DNA of 64,000 nt from Christensenellales bacterium (GTDB lineage: Bacteria > Bacillota > Clostridia > Christensenellales > CALWSW01): NCBI GenBank assembly GCA_040768925.1, contig JAXGLZ010000002.1, positions 207,389-271,388 on the forward strand, read 5' to 3'. Position numbers and translations under genes: made by a program. The notes beneath the pieces are model-generated. The model made no database searches. It saw only the letters and a list, made by a program, of their open reading frames with translations, and was not told where the DNA came from. Shown one piece after another: positions 41,487 through 50,767 of the stretch. How positions within the stretch are numbered: position 1 is the first letter of the stretch; each line of letters starts with the position of its first letter.

Positions 41487-41747
41487 ATGAATAAGGAAAA
41501 AGAGTACACGCACATCTTTGAAGAAATAGTAGCACGGAACCATACCACGGTGGAGGAAGTCCGCCGCGAAATGGAGATTGCTATACGGGCGGGAGTTAAT
41601 AATCCCGACCCCAAAGTGAAGGGTCAATGGGCCAAGATACCCTGTAAGGGGGACATACCGACGCCAGATGAATTGATTACCTACGTTGTCCGCAAAGCGA
41701 AGAAAGATAACGCCGAGATGCTGCTCCGGCGTTATCTTTTATGGTAA
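41487..41747 (+). CDS. Spo0A C-terminal domain-like small protein (copy 1)
   Basis: I.....TTVEEVRREMEIAI...PTPDELI..V pattern aligns by eye with the Spo0A DNA-binding C-terminus. Confidence 0.6.
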   Translation: MNKEKEYTHIFEEIVARNHTTVEEVRREMEIAIRAGVNNPDPKVKGQWAKIPCKGDIPTPDELITYVVRKAKKDNAEMLLRRYLLW

Positions 41748-41797
41748 GCATTACCGACAAAGCCCCGCCGAAGCGAGGCCAGTAGCGCGTTGCATTA

Positions 41798-42433
41798 TTA
41801 TTTTGTGCTCTCTTTTCCGGGCGTGCCGGGCTTGGTATCCTTCGCGGGCGTGGCCGTAGCGGTGGTGGGTGCTGGCTTGCTACCCTCGGGCGCGCTTGCC
41901 TTTGTGTTGAGTTTCTCCGTTTCGGCCTTGGCGGGCGCAGCGGGCTTGGTATCTTTGGCCAGCGGGGCCTTTGCCGTCTCTGGTTTGGCCTCTTTCGCGG
42001 CGGCCTTTTCCGGTATGGGCTTGGTCGCCGGATCAGCGGCTTTTACCTCGGGTTTTGCCGGTAACGCTGTCGGTTTGGATACCGGCGTCGTTCCGGTCTT
42101 TGGAGCCGCTACCGGGGCCGTGGATTTAACCTCCCCGATTACGGGCTTGGTTGCCAGTTCGGGTTTCGGTGCCGCCTGCACCGCCGCCTTGGCTGCTCGG
42201 GTCTTTTTCGGCCTTTCCGCTGGGAATATCTCCGGCAATACCCCATTGTCAAAGATAAGATGGAATACGATTTTTTCATCTTGGGGTACATGAAACGTAA
42301 AGTCTTTTATTTCCAATTCTTTGAGCTCGTCGGGAAGTTCAATATTCTTGTACCGCTTGACTTCCTTGCCCTCTACTATAAAACAAACCGGTACCGCGTC
42401 CCTCAATTTTGCTGTGATTTTTCCTGCCTTCAT
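41798..42433 (-). CDS. Hypothetical protein with Ala/Lys/Pro-rich low-complexity tail
   Basis: About 70-aa globular N-terminus, then repeats such as AKDTKP. Confidence 0.6.
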   Translation of the reverse strand: MKAGKITAKLRDAVPVCFIVEGKEVKRYKNIELPDELKELEIKDFTFHVPQDEKIVFHLIFDNGVLPEIFPAERPKKTRAAKAAVQAAPKPELATKPVIGEVKSTAPVAAPKTGTTPVSKPTALPAKPEVKAADPATKPIPEKAAAKEAKPETAKAPLAKDTKPAAPAKAETEKLNTKASAPEGSKPAPTTATATPAKDTKPGTPGKESTK

Positions 42434-42625
42434 TTTTCTTTCCGCCTTTCAAATTGTATTAGGCTTTCTGCCTGTGGCTCACAGCTTATACATTCACGGG
42501 TGGAAAGCAAGCCTTTTTACAAAGAGACTTTCTGTGCTTGGTCTCAACTTTTTGAATTTAGTGGAAACCGGTATTCTACACTTGCAAAGTCCTCTCTTCA
42601 TATGGTACAATCAGTAAAACCATAT

Positions 42626-42915
42626 AAGGAGTAATTATAAAACATGCGGCAAGGTATTCTTAATTAACTGTCAATTTGATAGTGGGAACAAAGTGAAACC
42701 CCTAATTTTCATTAGGGTTGGATTTTTGTACCCAATTTAAGAATACTTTTATCATATGATTTGGCGTGGAACATAGTAAGATAGTAAGTTGCTATCTTAT
42801 TATTCATTATCCATACGTCAATTCTTTCATTCACTATCCCCTGGTGATAAAAGTATTTATCGCCAGGGGATTTTTGCGCCCTTTTGGGCCTTGGAATAGA
42901 AGGGAAGAATATTAT
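42626..42915 (+). promoter_or_regulatory. Tn916/tet(M)-type leader with attenuator hairpin
   Basis: ATGCGGCAAGGTATTCTTAA.TAACTGTCAATTTGATAG and CCCCTGGTGATAAAAGTATTTATCGCCAGGGGATTTTT resemble the tet(M)/tet(O) upstream region as recalled. Confidence 0.75.
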
Positions 42916-44841
42916 ATGAGAACAATTAACATTGGTATCTTGGCGCATGTAGACGCGGGGAAAACAACTTTAACAGAAAGTTTATTATATACGAGTGGTG
43001 CTATAAAAGAATTAGGAAGTGTAGATAAAGGAACAACAAGAACAGATTCTATGCTTTTGGAAAAACAACGTGGAATTACTATCCAAGCCTCCGTTACTTC
43101 TTTTCAGTGGGGAGATATTAAAATTAACATTGTTGATACTCCCGGCCACATGGATTTTCTAGCTGAAGTACATCGCTCATTATCTGTATTGGATGGTGCA
43201 GTATTAGTAATCTCCGCGAAAGATGGTGTGCAGGCTCAGACGCGAATCCTTTTTCACGCCCTACAAAGTATGAAAATCCCCACACTTCTTTTTATCAACA
43301 AAATAGACCAAGATGGGGTTGATTTACAGAATGTTTATCGGGATATTAAGGATAAACTTTCGCCTGAAATTCTTATAAAACAAGACGTTGAGTTGCTTCC
43401 TAACCTAAGCATAACAGATCAAATGGATTTGGAACAATGGGATGTTGTAATTGCTGGGAATGACGAGTTGCTTGAAAAATTTACATTGGGTGAGCAACTG
43501 GATATTGAAGCACTTAAATGGGTAGAAAAGCAAAGGTTTCAGGATTGCACCTTATTCCCTATCTATCATGGAAGTGCAAAGAAAAACATCGGGGTTAAAC
43601 CTCTGTTAGATGCGATTTCGGCTAATGTAGATTCGACAACTGACAGCAATGGCGCCGAATTATGCGGAAATGTTTTCAAGGTAGAATACTTGGAAAAAGG
43701 ATATCGCGTGGTATACCTGAGGCTATATGGCGGAACTCTGCGTACGAAAGACATGGTCATGGTAGCAGATGGTGAGGAAAAAATAAAAATCAATGAGATA
43801 AGAGTTCCTTCAAATGGCGAGATACGTCGTGTGGATGTTGCCAGTTCTGGAGAAATTCTTATTTTACCCGGAACGTCATTAAAACTAAATGACGTAATTG
43901 GTAATGCTAAACTGATGCCCCGTAAAATGTGGAGGGATACTCCCTTACCTATGATGCGGGCTAATATTCATCCAGTTAAAGGGATAGAGCGCGAATTACT
44001 TCTGGAAGCTTTAACAGAGATAGCGGATACTGACCCACTCCTGCATTATGAGGTAGATTCAATTACTCATGAAATTACACTTTCCTTTTTGGGAAAAGTG
44101 CAGATGGAAATTATATGCGCTTTACTGATGGAAAAGTATAACATAAGCGTACAACTGGATAATCCCACCGTTATCTATATGGAAAGGCCATCGGCAAGGG
44201 CTGACTATACGATCCATATAGAAGTACCTCCGAATCCTTTTTGGGCATCAATTGGTTTGTCTATTGAGCCACTACCCCTTGGATCAGGTATACGTTATGA
44301 GAGTCGTGTTTCTGTGGGATACCTAAATCAATCATTTCAAAATGCAGTTGCAGATGGAATTCGTTACGGCTGCGAGCAAGGTTTATATGGTTGGGAGATA
44401 ACAGACTGCAAAATTTGCTTTGAATATGGCCTATATTACAGCCCTGTTAGTACTCCTGCAGATTTTCGCTCCCTAGCTCCTATTGTTTTGGAACAAGCCT
44501 TGCGTAAATCTGGAACTGAATTATTGGAACCTTATCTATCGTTTACGGTTTATGCTCCACAAGAATATATCTCTCGTGCATATAACGATATGAAAAAATA
44601 TGATGCCACCATTAATTCAGCTAATGTAAAAGGCGGTGAAGTAGTCCTTTCTGGCGAAATACCAGCGCGTTATATTCAAGAATACAGAGAAGAAATTACT
44701 TTCTGTACCAATGGTCTTGGGGTCTGCCTAACAGAATTAAAGGGGTATCAAGCAAGCACCAGCAGTCCAGTTTATCAAACACGTCGCCCTAATCTTAAAT
44801 TAGATAAAACGCGTCATATGTTTAATAAACTGGACGTGTAA
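42916..44841 (+). CDS. tet: Tetracycline ribosomal protection protein (TetM/W/O family, divergent)
   Basis: [46 protein letters not shown]-terminal MFNK; 641 aa. Confidence 0.93.
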   Translation: MRTINIGILAHVDAGKTTLTESLLYTSGAIKELGSVDKGTTRTDSMLLEKQRGITIQASVTSFQWGDIKINIVDTPGHMDFLAEVHRSLSVLDGAVLVISAKDGVQAQTRILFHALQSMKIPTLLFINKIDQDGVDLQNVYRDIKDKLSPEILIKQDVELLPNLSITDQMDLEQWDVVIAGNDELLEKFTLGEQLDIEALKWVEKQRFQDCTLFPIYHGSAKKNIGVKPLLDAISANVDSTTDSNGAELCGNVFKVEYLEKGYRVVYLRLYGGTLRTKDMVMVADGEEKIKINEIRVPSNGEIRRVDVASSGEILILPGTSLKLNDVIGNAKLMPRKMWRDTPLPMMRANIHPVKGIERELLLEALTEIADTDPLLHYEVDSITHEITLSFLGKVQMEIICALLMEKYNISVQLDNPTVIYMERPSARADYTIHIEVPPNPFWASIGLSIEPLPLGSGIRYESRVSVGYLNQSFQNAVADGIRYGCEQGLYGWEITDCKICFEYGLYYSPVSTPADFRSLAPIVLEQALRKSGTELLEPYLSFTVYAPQEYISRAYNDMKKYDATINSANVKGGEVVLSGEIPARYIQEYREEITFCTNGLGVCLTELKGYQASTSSPVYQTRRPNLKLDKTRHMFNKLDV

Positions 44842-44976
44842 GATGCGAAGATTGGAAAGGGAGGAAAAAATTTTTTCCTCCCTTTCCGGTTTGGATTCTC
44901 AGAAACGTTCTTGTTAAGTGAGGAGGCAAAAAAGACCCCCATCTTACTTACAACCGCATAAAGGAGGGAACCAATT

Positions 44977-45420
44977 ATGGCGGCTCCCTCAAATAAAGCG
45001 GAACGGCTCTGTGCCATGTTTGACAGCTATTGCAAAACCGTACTGCGCAACGAAAGCCGGGATATAAAGCGTGCTTTGATACGCCGCAGTAAGCGTGAAC
45101 TGGCAATGGACGAGCCCATGCAATATATATTCGATTTAATCAGCTACGAGGATACTTACCCGTCGGAACAATTGGTTTTTTATGTGGACGGGTTTTCCTG
45201 CGAAGTATATAGAAATTCGTTATGCAAAGTAATGCTATCTTTGCCGAAACGGCAGCAATTGGTTCTTGTCCTTGGTTTTTGGCATCAATGGACGGACGAA
45301 AAGATTTCAAGATACATGGAGGTGACACCGCGCACGGTGTACAATCTACGACAGCGTGCATTTCAAACAATTCGCAACTTTTATGAGCAACAAGGAACAG
45401 ATACACAAATTAAACTATGA
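44977..45420 (+). CDS. Sigma-70 region 4 protein (Tn916 Orf7-like)
   Basis: MFDSYCKTVLRNE...LPKRQQ...TDEKIS...RTVYNLR. Confidence 0.8.
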   Translation: MAAPSNKAERLCAMFDSYCKTVLRNESRDIKRALIRRSKRELAMDEPMQYIFDLISYEDTYPSEQLVFYVDGFSCEVYRNSLCKVMLSLPKRQQLVLVLGFWHQWTDEKISRYMEVTPRTVYNLRQRAFQTIRNFYEQQGTDTQIKL

Positions 45421-45622
45421 TCTGATTTGTAAAGCAGTAGACGGCGACCCAGAGGCGCTGAATACTATTCTTAAATATTATGATACCTATATCAACGCTT
45501 TGGTGACCTATGATTCCTTTGACGAAAACGGCAATATCTTTAAGGGGCGGGACGAGGACATGAAAGCGCGGCTTCAATGTAAGCTGATTGAGGCAATAAA
45601 GAAATGGAGGGAAAAATTATGA
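45383..45622 (+). CDS. HTH protein (Tn916 Orf8-like)
   Basis: ICKAVDGDPEALNTILKYYDTYI...DEDMKARLQCKLIEAI. Confidence 0.75.
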   Translation: MSNKEQIHKLNYDLICKAVDGDPEALNTILKYYDTYINALVTYDSFDENGNIFKGRDEDMKARLQCKLIEAIKKWREKL

Positions 45623-46431
45623 TGCTACTATCCGATCTGTTCTCCTTCGCCTATGTTCCCGGTTGGTACAGCCAACTTGACGAACTGGCAAAGCTGGCAT
45701 TGCCGGAGCCGTGGTGTTTTCGGAATCCGATGTACTTAACCAAGAATCCAGATACCCCGATTTTAGAGCGATATATTCACACAGTCTTTCGTAAACAAGT
45801 TATAGATTTCAACAACGAACCAGACCCATATAAAAGGGATGCGTATTTCTATGTGCGAAACGAGGCCGCTTGTTTCCATACCGGCCTATATACCCCGCGA
45901 TATAAACCCATTTACGCTTGCTTTGACCGCAATAAAAAGCGGGAAACCTTGCTTGATTGGTACTTCCGATGCTTTGCCGACGAAACATCGCCATGGCTGA
46001 AATATATAGAGCCTCTCCCTTTGAAACCTACATATCATATGACGCAATGCGGCGTCAACTACAACCCTGAGTGGCCGATTCGGGTTAATGTGGAGCACAT
46101 TTTAGGTGATCCTGAAAACATTGAGCGCCTACCCGCCGCAATACGAGACGCAAGAAACTTGCCTCTTTTATTGGAAACGGCTGTGGAACTAGCACGGCGG
46201 AAAGCGGTGGTGGAACCAAGCAGTGTTGTACCGCAGGGCTATCAGGGCCGGGTACAGTATCTATTGCCAATTTGCCTGACCGACATGGAGCAGCCAGACC
46301 TTGCAATGGCTCTCAGCATCATGGACGGGTATTATTTGGGAAATACCTGCCTGACATTAGAGATGGCATTTCTTAATGCGCGGCTACTGGCCAGACCTAC
46401 CGCGCGCTGGCTGGCTGAATTAACAAAATAA
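45619..46431 (+). CDS. DUF3825-like protein
   Basis: LFSFAY..., LALPEPW, ACFHTGL, QYLLPICL, TCLTLEMAFLNARL. Confidence 0.65.
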   Translation: MMLLSDLFSFAYVPGWYSQLDELAKLALPEPWCFRNPMYLTKNPDTPILERYIHTVFRKQVIDFNNEPDPYKRDAYFYVRNEAACFHTGLYTPRYKPIYACFDRNKKRETLLDWYFRCFADETSPWLKYIEPLPLKPTYHMTQCGVNYNPEWPIRVNVEHILGDPENIERLPAAIRDARNLPLLLETAVELARRKAVVEPSSVVPQGYQGRVQYLLPICLTDMEQPDLAMALSIMDGYYLGNTCLTLEMAFLNARLLARPTARWLAELTK

Positions 46432-46463
46432 GCGCATTTTGACGTATTTCCTCAATACCCCCT

Positions 46464-46721
46464 TTGGTCGGACAACCGGCTAGAGGGGGTGTGTTATTTA
46501 TAGCGAGAAAAAAGAGTTATTCTGATAAAAAGCCACGAAAAAGGGTGAAATGTCCAAGCTGCGGTTTCCCGCTCATGGATACCGCACCTGATACAAGATT
46601 GCTGGTTGTTTTAGCTCCTATGAGAAAGGGGCCGCCAGATTATTGTATCAAATGCCGTCATTGCAGAAAGGAGGTGGCTATCAAGCATTTGGATTCATAT
46701 ACCAACCCTAAAATTGAATAG
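46464..46721 (+). CDS. Small zinc-ribbon protein
   Basis: CPSCG...KCRHCR; start uncertain. Confidence 0.5.
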   Translation: MVGQPARGGVLFIARKKSYSDKKPRKRVKCPSCGFPLMDTAPDTRLLVVLAPMRKGPPDYCIKCRHCRKEVAIKHLDSYTNPKIE

Positions 46722-46955
46722 GTTTCGACCCGCCCCCGCTGTCCGCATGGGACATGCCTGTGGGGCTGAACGGGGATATTGCGTCACGGCAACCGGCACG
46801 GCCTGTAAGAATGTATACTGGCCGGGGCAACGGCTGACTAAACCGGGATAAACGGTCAACCGCGTTTGTTATGAGCATGTTGCACGGAGGGGCGATTTCA
46901 TTCGCTACATAGGTCAAACCTCCATGATACCATCCGAAACATGATGGAGACGACA

Positions 46956-47010
46956 ATGGGCCTGACAGGCGGCACTTAGTGCTGCTTGTCAGGCCCATTT
47001 TTTTGTTTTT
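46956..47010 (+). terminator. Strong intrinsic terminator
   Basis: ATGGGCCTGACAGGCGGCAC-TTA-GTGCTGCTTGTCAGGCCCAT-TTTTTT. Confidence 0.75.
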
Positions 47011-47057
47011 GCGGCATAAGTGCCGACCTGCCGGGCTCCCGAAAGGAGCACTGGCAA

Positions 47058-47450
47058 GTGAAAATCTTATATCAATTCGCCAACGGAGAAATTTCCGAAA
47101 TCGAGGTTTCCGACGAGCTCGGAGAACTTTTGCTCGGCCTTGACCGGCAGGAGTACAACAACGACCATAGGGAAACCCGCCGCCATGTTTCCCTTGATGG
47201 CATGGACTACGAGGGCGCGCTTTTTGCCGCCGATGGCGACACCGCCGATCAGGCGGCGCTGAACATGGAATTGGATTCCCTGCGCCGGGCCATGGTCGTC
47301 CTTAGCCCCCGGCAGCGGGATTTGGTGCGCAAGGTGTATTTTGAGGGCCGGAGCATAGCCGCCGTGGCTCGCGAAGAAAAAGTGGATGAATCCTCCGTCC
47401 GGGAGCGCCTGCGGCACATCTACAAGAAATTGAAAAAGTTTTTAGAATAA
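47058..47450 (+). CDS. Prophage sigma-70 region 4-like protein
   Basis: RRHVSLD, LSPRQRDLV, SIAAVAREEKVDESSVRERL; GTG start after AAGGAG. Confidence 0.75.
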   Translation: MKILYQFANGEISEIEVSDELGELLLGLDRQEYNNDHRETRRHVSLDGMDYEGALFAADGDTADQAALNMELDSLRRAMVVLSPRQRDLVRKVYFEGRSIAAVAREEKVDESSVRERLRHIYKKLKKFLE

Positions 47451-47524
47451 CCCCCCGGATTTGCCTTTCTCGTGGCCTAACTGCGAGGGCCACCATACTG
47501 CCCTCGGAAAGAGGTGAAAGGCAA

Positions 47525-47728
47525 ATGCAACACAATCTGAAAATCTGCATTGCAAAAGAGGCGGATGCCGGAGGCATTGTCCGATGCAGAACCGTTTCCC
47601 TGCGGGAGCGCCTATTCCGCCGCCTGCTGGGAGAGCCGCGCCGAATCATGGTGATTGTCCCTGCGGGCAGCGTCAAGACGTTATCCATTCAGGAAGTGCC
47701 GGAGGAGGGATTGCATGAATGTTCGTGA
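47525..47728 (+). CDS. Conserved prophage hypothetical protein
   Basis: RERLFRRLLG...VIVPAGSV; GAGGTG RBS. Confidence 0.6.
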   Translation: MQHNLKICIAKEADAGGIVRCRTVSLRERLFRRLLGEPRRIMVIVPAGSVKTLSIQEVPEEGLHECS

Positions 47729-48149
47729 CCCCTCCCCGCTGCTCCCCATGCCGATTAAGGCCCTCCCGTATCGGCACCAGATTGAGGCGTTCAACTTCGT
47801 ATGCGGGTTGTTCGGCCTCCTGCCGGGAGGTGATGACGTTGCCCCAAGTGACGGCGAAATGCCACCTTTGCGGGCGGAGCTTCCAGAGGGCGGCCCACGA
47901 AATACGGGCGCATAACTTTTGCTGCGCAGAACACGCCCGCGCATGGAACGCCCAGCGGCTGGCGGAATACAATCGCACCGCGAATCCGCTCAACAAGCCG
48001 GGTGGCGTCCTCTCTGTCCGTAAAAAGCACCGGCTAACGGCACGAGTATGCCAATCACCATCAGCGCGGGCGGCGTGGTGGCGAACGCCGCCGCGTCTAC
48101 ACTGCCGGTGGGATATTACCTTATATCTTGCTCTTATGCGAGAGCTTAA
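47715..48149 (+). pseudogene. Fused phage fragments: SNF2-helicase-like N-terminus, HNH-like N-terminus, tail protein C-terminus
   Basis: PMPIKALPYRHQIEAFNF (from 47715); CHLCG...NFCC (from 47833); MPITISAGG...GYYLISCSYARA* (48048-48149). Confidence 0.5.
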
Positions 48150-48164
48150 TGAGAGGAGGACAAT

Positions 48165-48755
48165 ATGGAGAAAAGCGGATTTTTCAATTCATCCGATGGT
48201 GATAGGGTTTACGATGCAACGGACTTTGCGGCATATTTCGGAAGCCTTGTCTCCAATGGTATCTTTTATGCAACCGCGACAAACCTGCAGGTGTCACCCG
48301 AAACCGGCTTGGCGGTAAGTGTGGCAGCGGGAAGCGCGTGGATCAATGGCTACCGCTATGAAAATACGGATGCTCTGAACATGCTGCTGGTAACGGCAAA
48401 TGGGAGCAATCCCCGTATTGACCGGATTGTGCTTCGTTTAAGTCAGATTAACCGGAGCATACGCCTTGCCGTTGTCACCGGAACGTCTGCCGTGACACCA
48501 GTCGCCCCCGCACTGACGAGAACTAGCGACATTTATGAACTTGGAATTGCCGATGTGCTTATTCCGACAGCGGCGACTACCATAGCCGCAAACAACATCA
48601 CCGATACCACCTATACGGTGGCGAAGGGCGACACCCTTTGGGGCATCGCTCAGAAGCGCCTCGGCAATGGCACGCGGTATGCGGAGATTAAGGCATTGAA
48701 CGGCCTAACCTCCGACACCATCTACGCTGGGCAGGTTTTGAAAATACCAAATTAG
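48165..48755 (+). CDS. Chimeric phage tail/baseplate N-terminus fused to LysM
   Basis: GFFNS..GDRVYDA.DFA.YF...GSAWINGY...RIDRIV...ITDT joined directly to YTVAKGDTLWGIA...IYAGQVLKIP. Confidence 0.7.
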   Translation: MEKSGFFNSSDGDRVYDATDFAAYFGSLVSNGIFYATATNLQVSPETGLAVSVAAGSAWINGYRYENTDALNMLLVTANGSNPRIDRIVLRLSQINRSIRLAVVTGTSAVTPVAPALTRTSDIYELGIADVLIPTAATTIAANNITDTTYTVAKGDTLWGIAQKRLGNGTRYAEIKALNGLTSDTIYAGQVLKIPN

Positions 48756-48807
48756 CGCGGGCGGGCCTTCCGGGGTCGCTCGTTTTGTTCCAAGGGAGGC
48801 TTGTATC

Positions 48808-49224
48808 ATGACCGATATGGAAAAAGAGAAAATTCGCTATCTGCGTGGCGAGGGATTAGGATACAAGGCAATAGCCTCCCGGCTTGCCCTTTCTGAAAAT
48901 ACGGTAAAGAGCTTTTGCAGACGCAACGGCCTCTCCGGCGTGGCAGATAAGTGCATGGAGGGGCTTTGCCGTCATTGCGGAAAACCGCTGGCGTCCGGGC
49001 AAAGAGGCAAACCGAAGAAGTTTTGCTCAGAAAGCTGCCGCCGCGCTTGGTGGAAATCTCACCCCTATTTGTCCGAGCAGCGCGCCTATTACCGGGCTGC
49101 CTGCGAGCAATGCGGCAAAGAGTTTGAGAGCTATGGAAACAAGAACCGGAAATATTGCGGTCATGCCTGCTATATCAAGGCCCGTTTCGGAAAGGAGGGC
49201 AGCTATGACGAGAGAACAATTTGA
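48808..49224 (+). CDS. HTH plus zinc-finger prophage protein
   Basis: GLGYKAIA...NTVKSFCRR; CxxC, FCSESCR, YCGHAC. Confidence 0.7.
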   Translation: MTDMEKEKIRYLRGEGLGYKAIASRLALSENTVKSFCRRNGLSGVADKCMEGLCRHCGKPLASGQRGKPKKFCSESCRRAWWKSHPYLSEQRAYYRAACEQCGKEFESYGNKNRKYCGHACYIKARFGKEGSYDERTI

Positions 49225-49366
49225 ACGCGAAAAAAAGTATCAGGCCGCCCTCGCGGTTGCCAAGGCCATGCTGAAAAAGGGCGTCATAAATGACGAGGAT
49301 TACCGGAAAATCGAGGAGGTTCTTTGTACGAAATTTTGTCCTTTTCTTGGGACTTTCAAGGGCTGA
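49205..49366 (+). CDS. SHOCT-like small protein preceding recombinases
   Basis: MTREQFERE..Y...MLKKGVI..EDY. Confidence 0.6.
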   Translation: MTREQFEREKKYQAALAVAKAMLKKGVINDEDYRKIEEVLCTKFCPFLGTFKG

Positions 49367-49426
49367 AAGCCTTGAAAGATAGCGGTGTCAAGGGTAAGCT
49401 GTGACACCAAGGAAGGAGGCTTTTAT

Positions 49427-50767
49427 ATGCAAAGAATCATTAAAAACATTACGCCGCTCGCCATCCGCGAGGCCGAATTACGGGCAAAACGCGTCGCCGC
49501 ATATGCGCGGGTATCCAGCGGAAAAGACGCCATGCTTCACTCGCTATCCGCACAGATCAGCCATTACAGCGGTTTGATACAGAAAACTCTCGGCTGGGAA
49601 TACGCGGGTGTGTATGCCGACGAGGCCATTTCTGGCACCAAGAATATCCGCTCAGAGTTTCAACGGCTGCTCAATGATTGCCGGGCTGGTAAAATCGACA
49701 TGATTATTACCAAGTCGGTTTCCCGCTTTGCCCGCAATACCCTGACTACCCTCCGAACCATACGGGAGCTCCGGGCGCTGAATGTGGACGTGTACTTTGA
49801 GGAACAGAACATACACACCCTTGGCGGGGATGGCGAATTATTGCTAACCCTTCTTGCGGTATACGCGCAGGAGGAGGCCCGCTCGGTTAGTGAAAATCAG
49901 AAGTGGCGCATCAAATCCAATTATGAGCAGGGCTTGCCTTGGAGTATCACTATGTATGGCTATAAGCTCGTCAATGGGGTTCTTGAAATCGTACCGGAGG
50001 AGGCGGAGATACTCCGCCTTGCCGCAGATTTGTACCTTGAAGGGAACGGCGGAATCAAGCTCTCCCGCGCTTTATCTTGTGCGGGCGCTCGTGGCAAGCG
50101 CGGAGGCGAAATGCGCGAGAATGTTATCCGGGGCCTGCTTTTCAATGAGAAAGTGGCCGGGGACATGCTCTTACAGAAAAAGTATGTCAATGATCCCATT
50201 GAAAAGAAGCTGTGTATCAATCGCGGAGAAAAACCGCAGTATTTCGTAACCAACAGCCACGAGCCCATTATCGACCGAGAAACGTATGAGCGCATTCTTG
50301 CAGAGCGGGAGCGCCGAGCCGCCAAATACCGTCCAGTGGAATCACGTGGGCCGCGTCAGATGTATCCGTTCACCGGAAAGATGGTCTGTGGGAAATGCGG
50401 AGCGCATTTTCGCCGGAAGATAGCCAACGCCAGAGGCAAGTACAGGCGGGCGATTTGGATATGTACCACCTTCAATACCAAGGGCAAAGCCTACTGCCCG
50501 TCGCAGCAGATACCGGAAGATATTCTTTCTTCCGTTGCCGCTCGGGCATTGGGCATGACCGAATTTGACGAAGCGGTTTTCACCAAGATGGTCGTGGAAA
50601 TCAGGGTGCCGGAAAATGGCACCCTGATTTTTATATTACGCGACGGCACCGAGATAACCGAAATATGGGAAAACAAATCGCGTCGGGATAGCTGGAGCCC
50701 GGAAATGAAGCAGCAGGCGCGAGAGCACGCCTTACGGCACAATCATCGGAAAGGGGGCGCGGAATAA
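49427..50767 (+). CDS. Large serine recombinase 1
   Basis: AAYARVSS, DEAISGT, TKSVSRFARN, zinc ribbon CGKCG...C...C. Confidence 0.9.
   Translation: MQRIIKNITPLAIREAELRAKRVAAYARVSSGKDAMLHSLSAQISHYSGLIQKTLGWEYAGVYADEAISGTKNIRSEFQRLLNDCRAGKIDMIITKSVSRFARNTLTTLRTIRELRALNVDVYFEEQNIHTLGGDGELLLTLLAVYAQEEARSVSENQKWRIKSNYEQGLPWSITMYGYKLVNGVLEIVPEEAEILRLAADLYLEGNGGIKLSRALSCAGARGKRGGEMRENVIRGLLFNEKVAGDMLLQKKYVNDPIEKKLCINRGEKPQYFVTNSHEPIIDRETYERILAERERRAAKYRPVESRGPRQMYPFTGKMVCGKCGAHFRRKIANARGKYRRAIWICTTFNTKGKAYCPSQQIPEDILSSVAARALGMTEFDEAVFTKMVVEIRVPENGTLIFILRDGTEITEIWENKSRRDSWSPEMKQQAREHALRHNHRKGGAE

Noticed and set aside
42766-42915. 50-aa N-terminal extension of Tet
   Set aside because: Region is the conserved attenuator leader; homology starts at ATG 42916
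46722-46950. Group II intron fragment or raiA-motif RNA
   Set aside because: No GUGYG start, domain V or RT; only a short TGAGCATG resemblance to raiA
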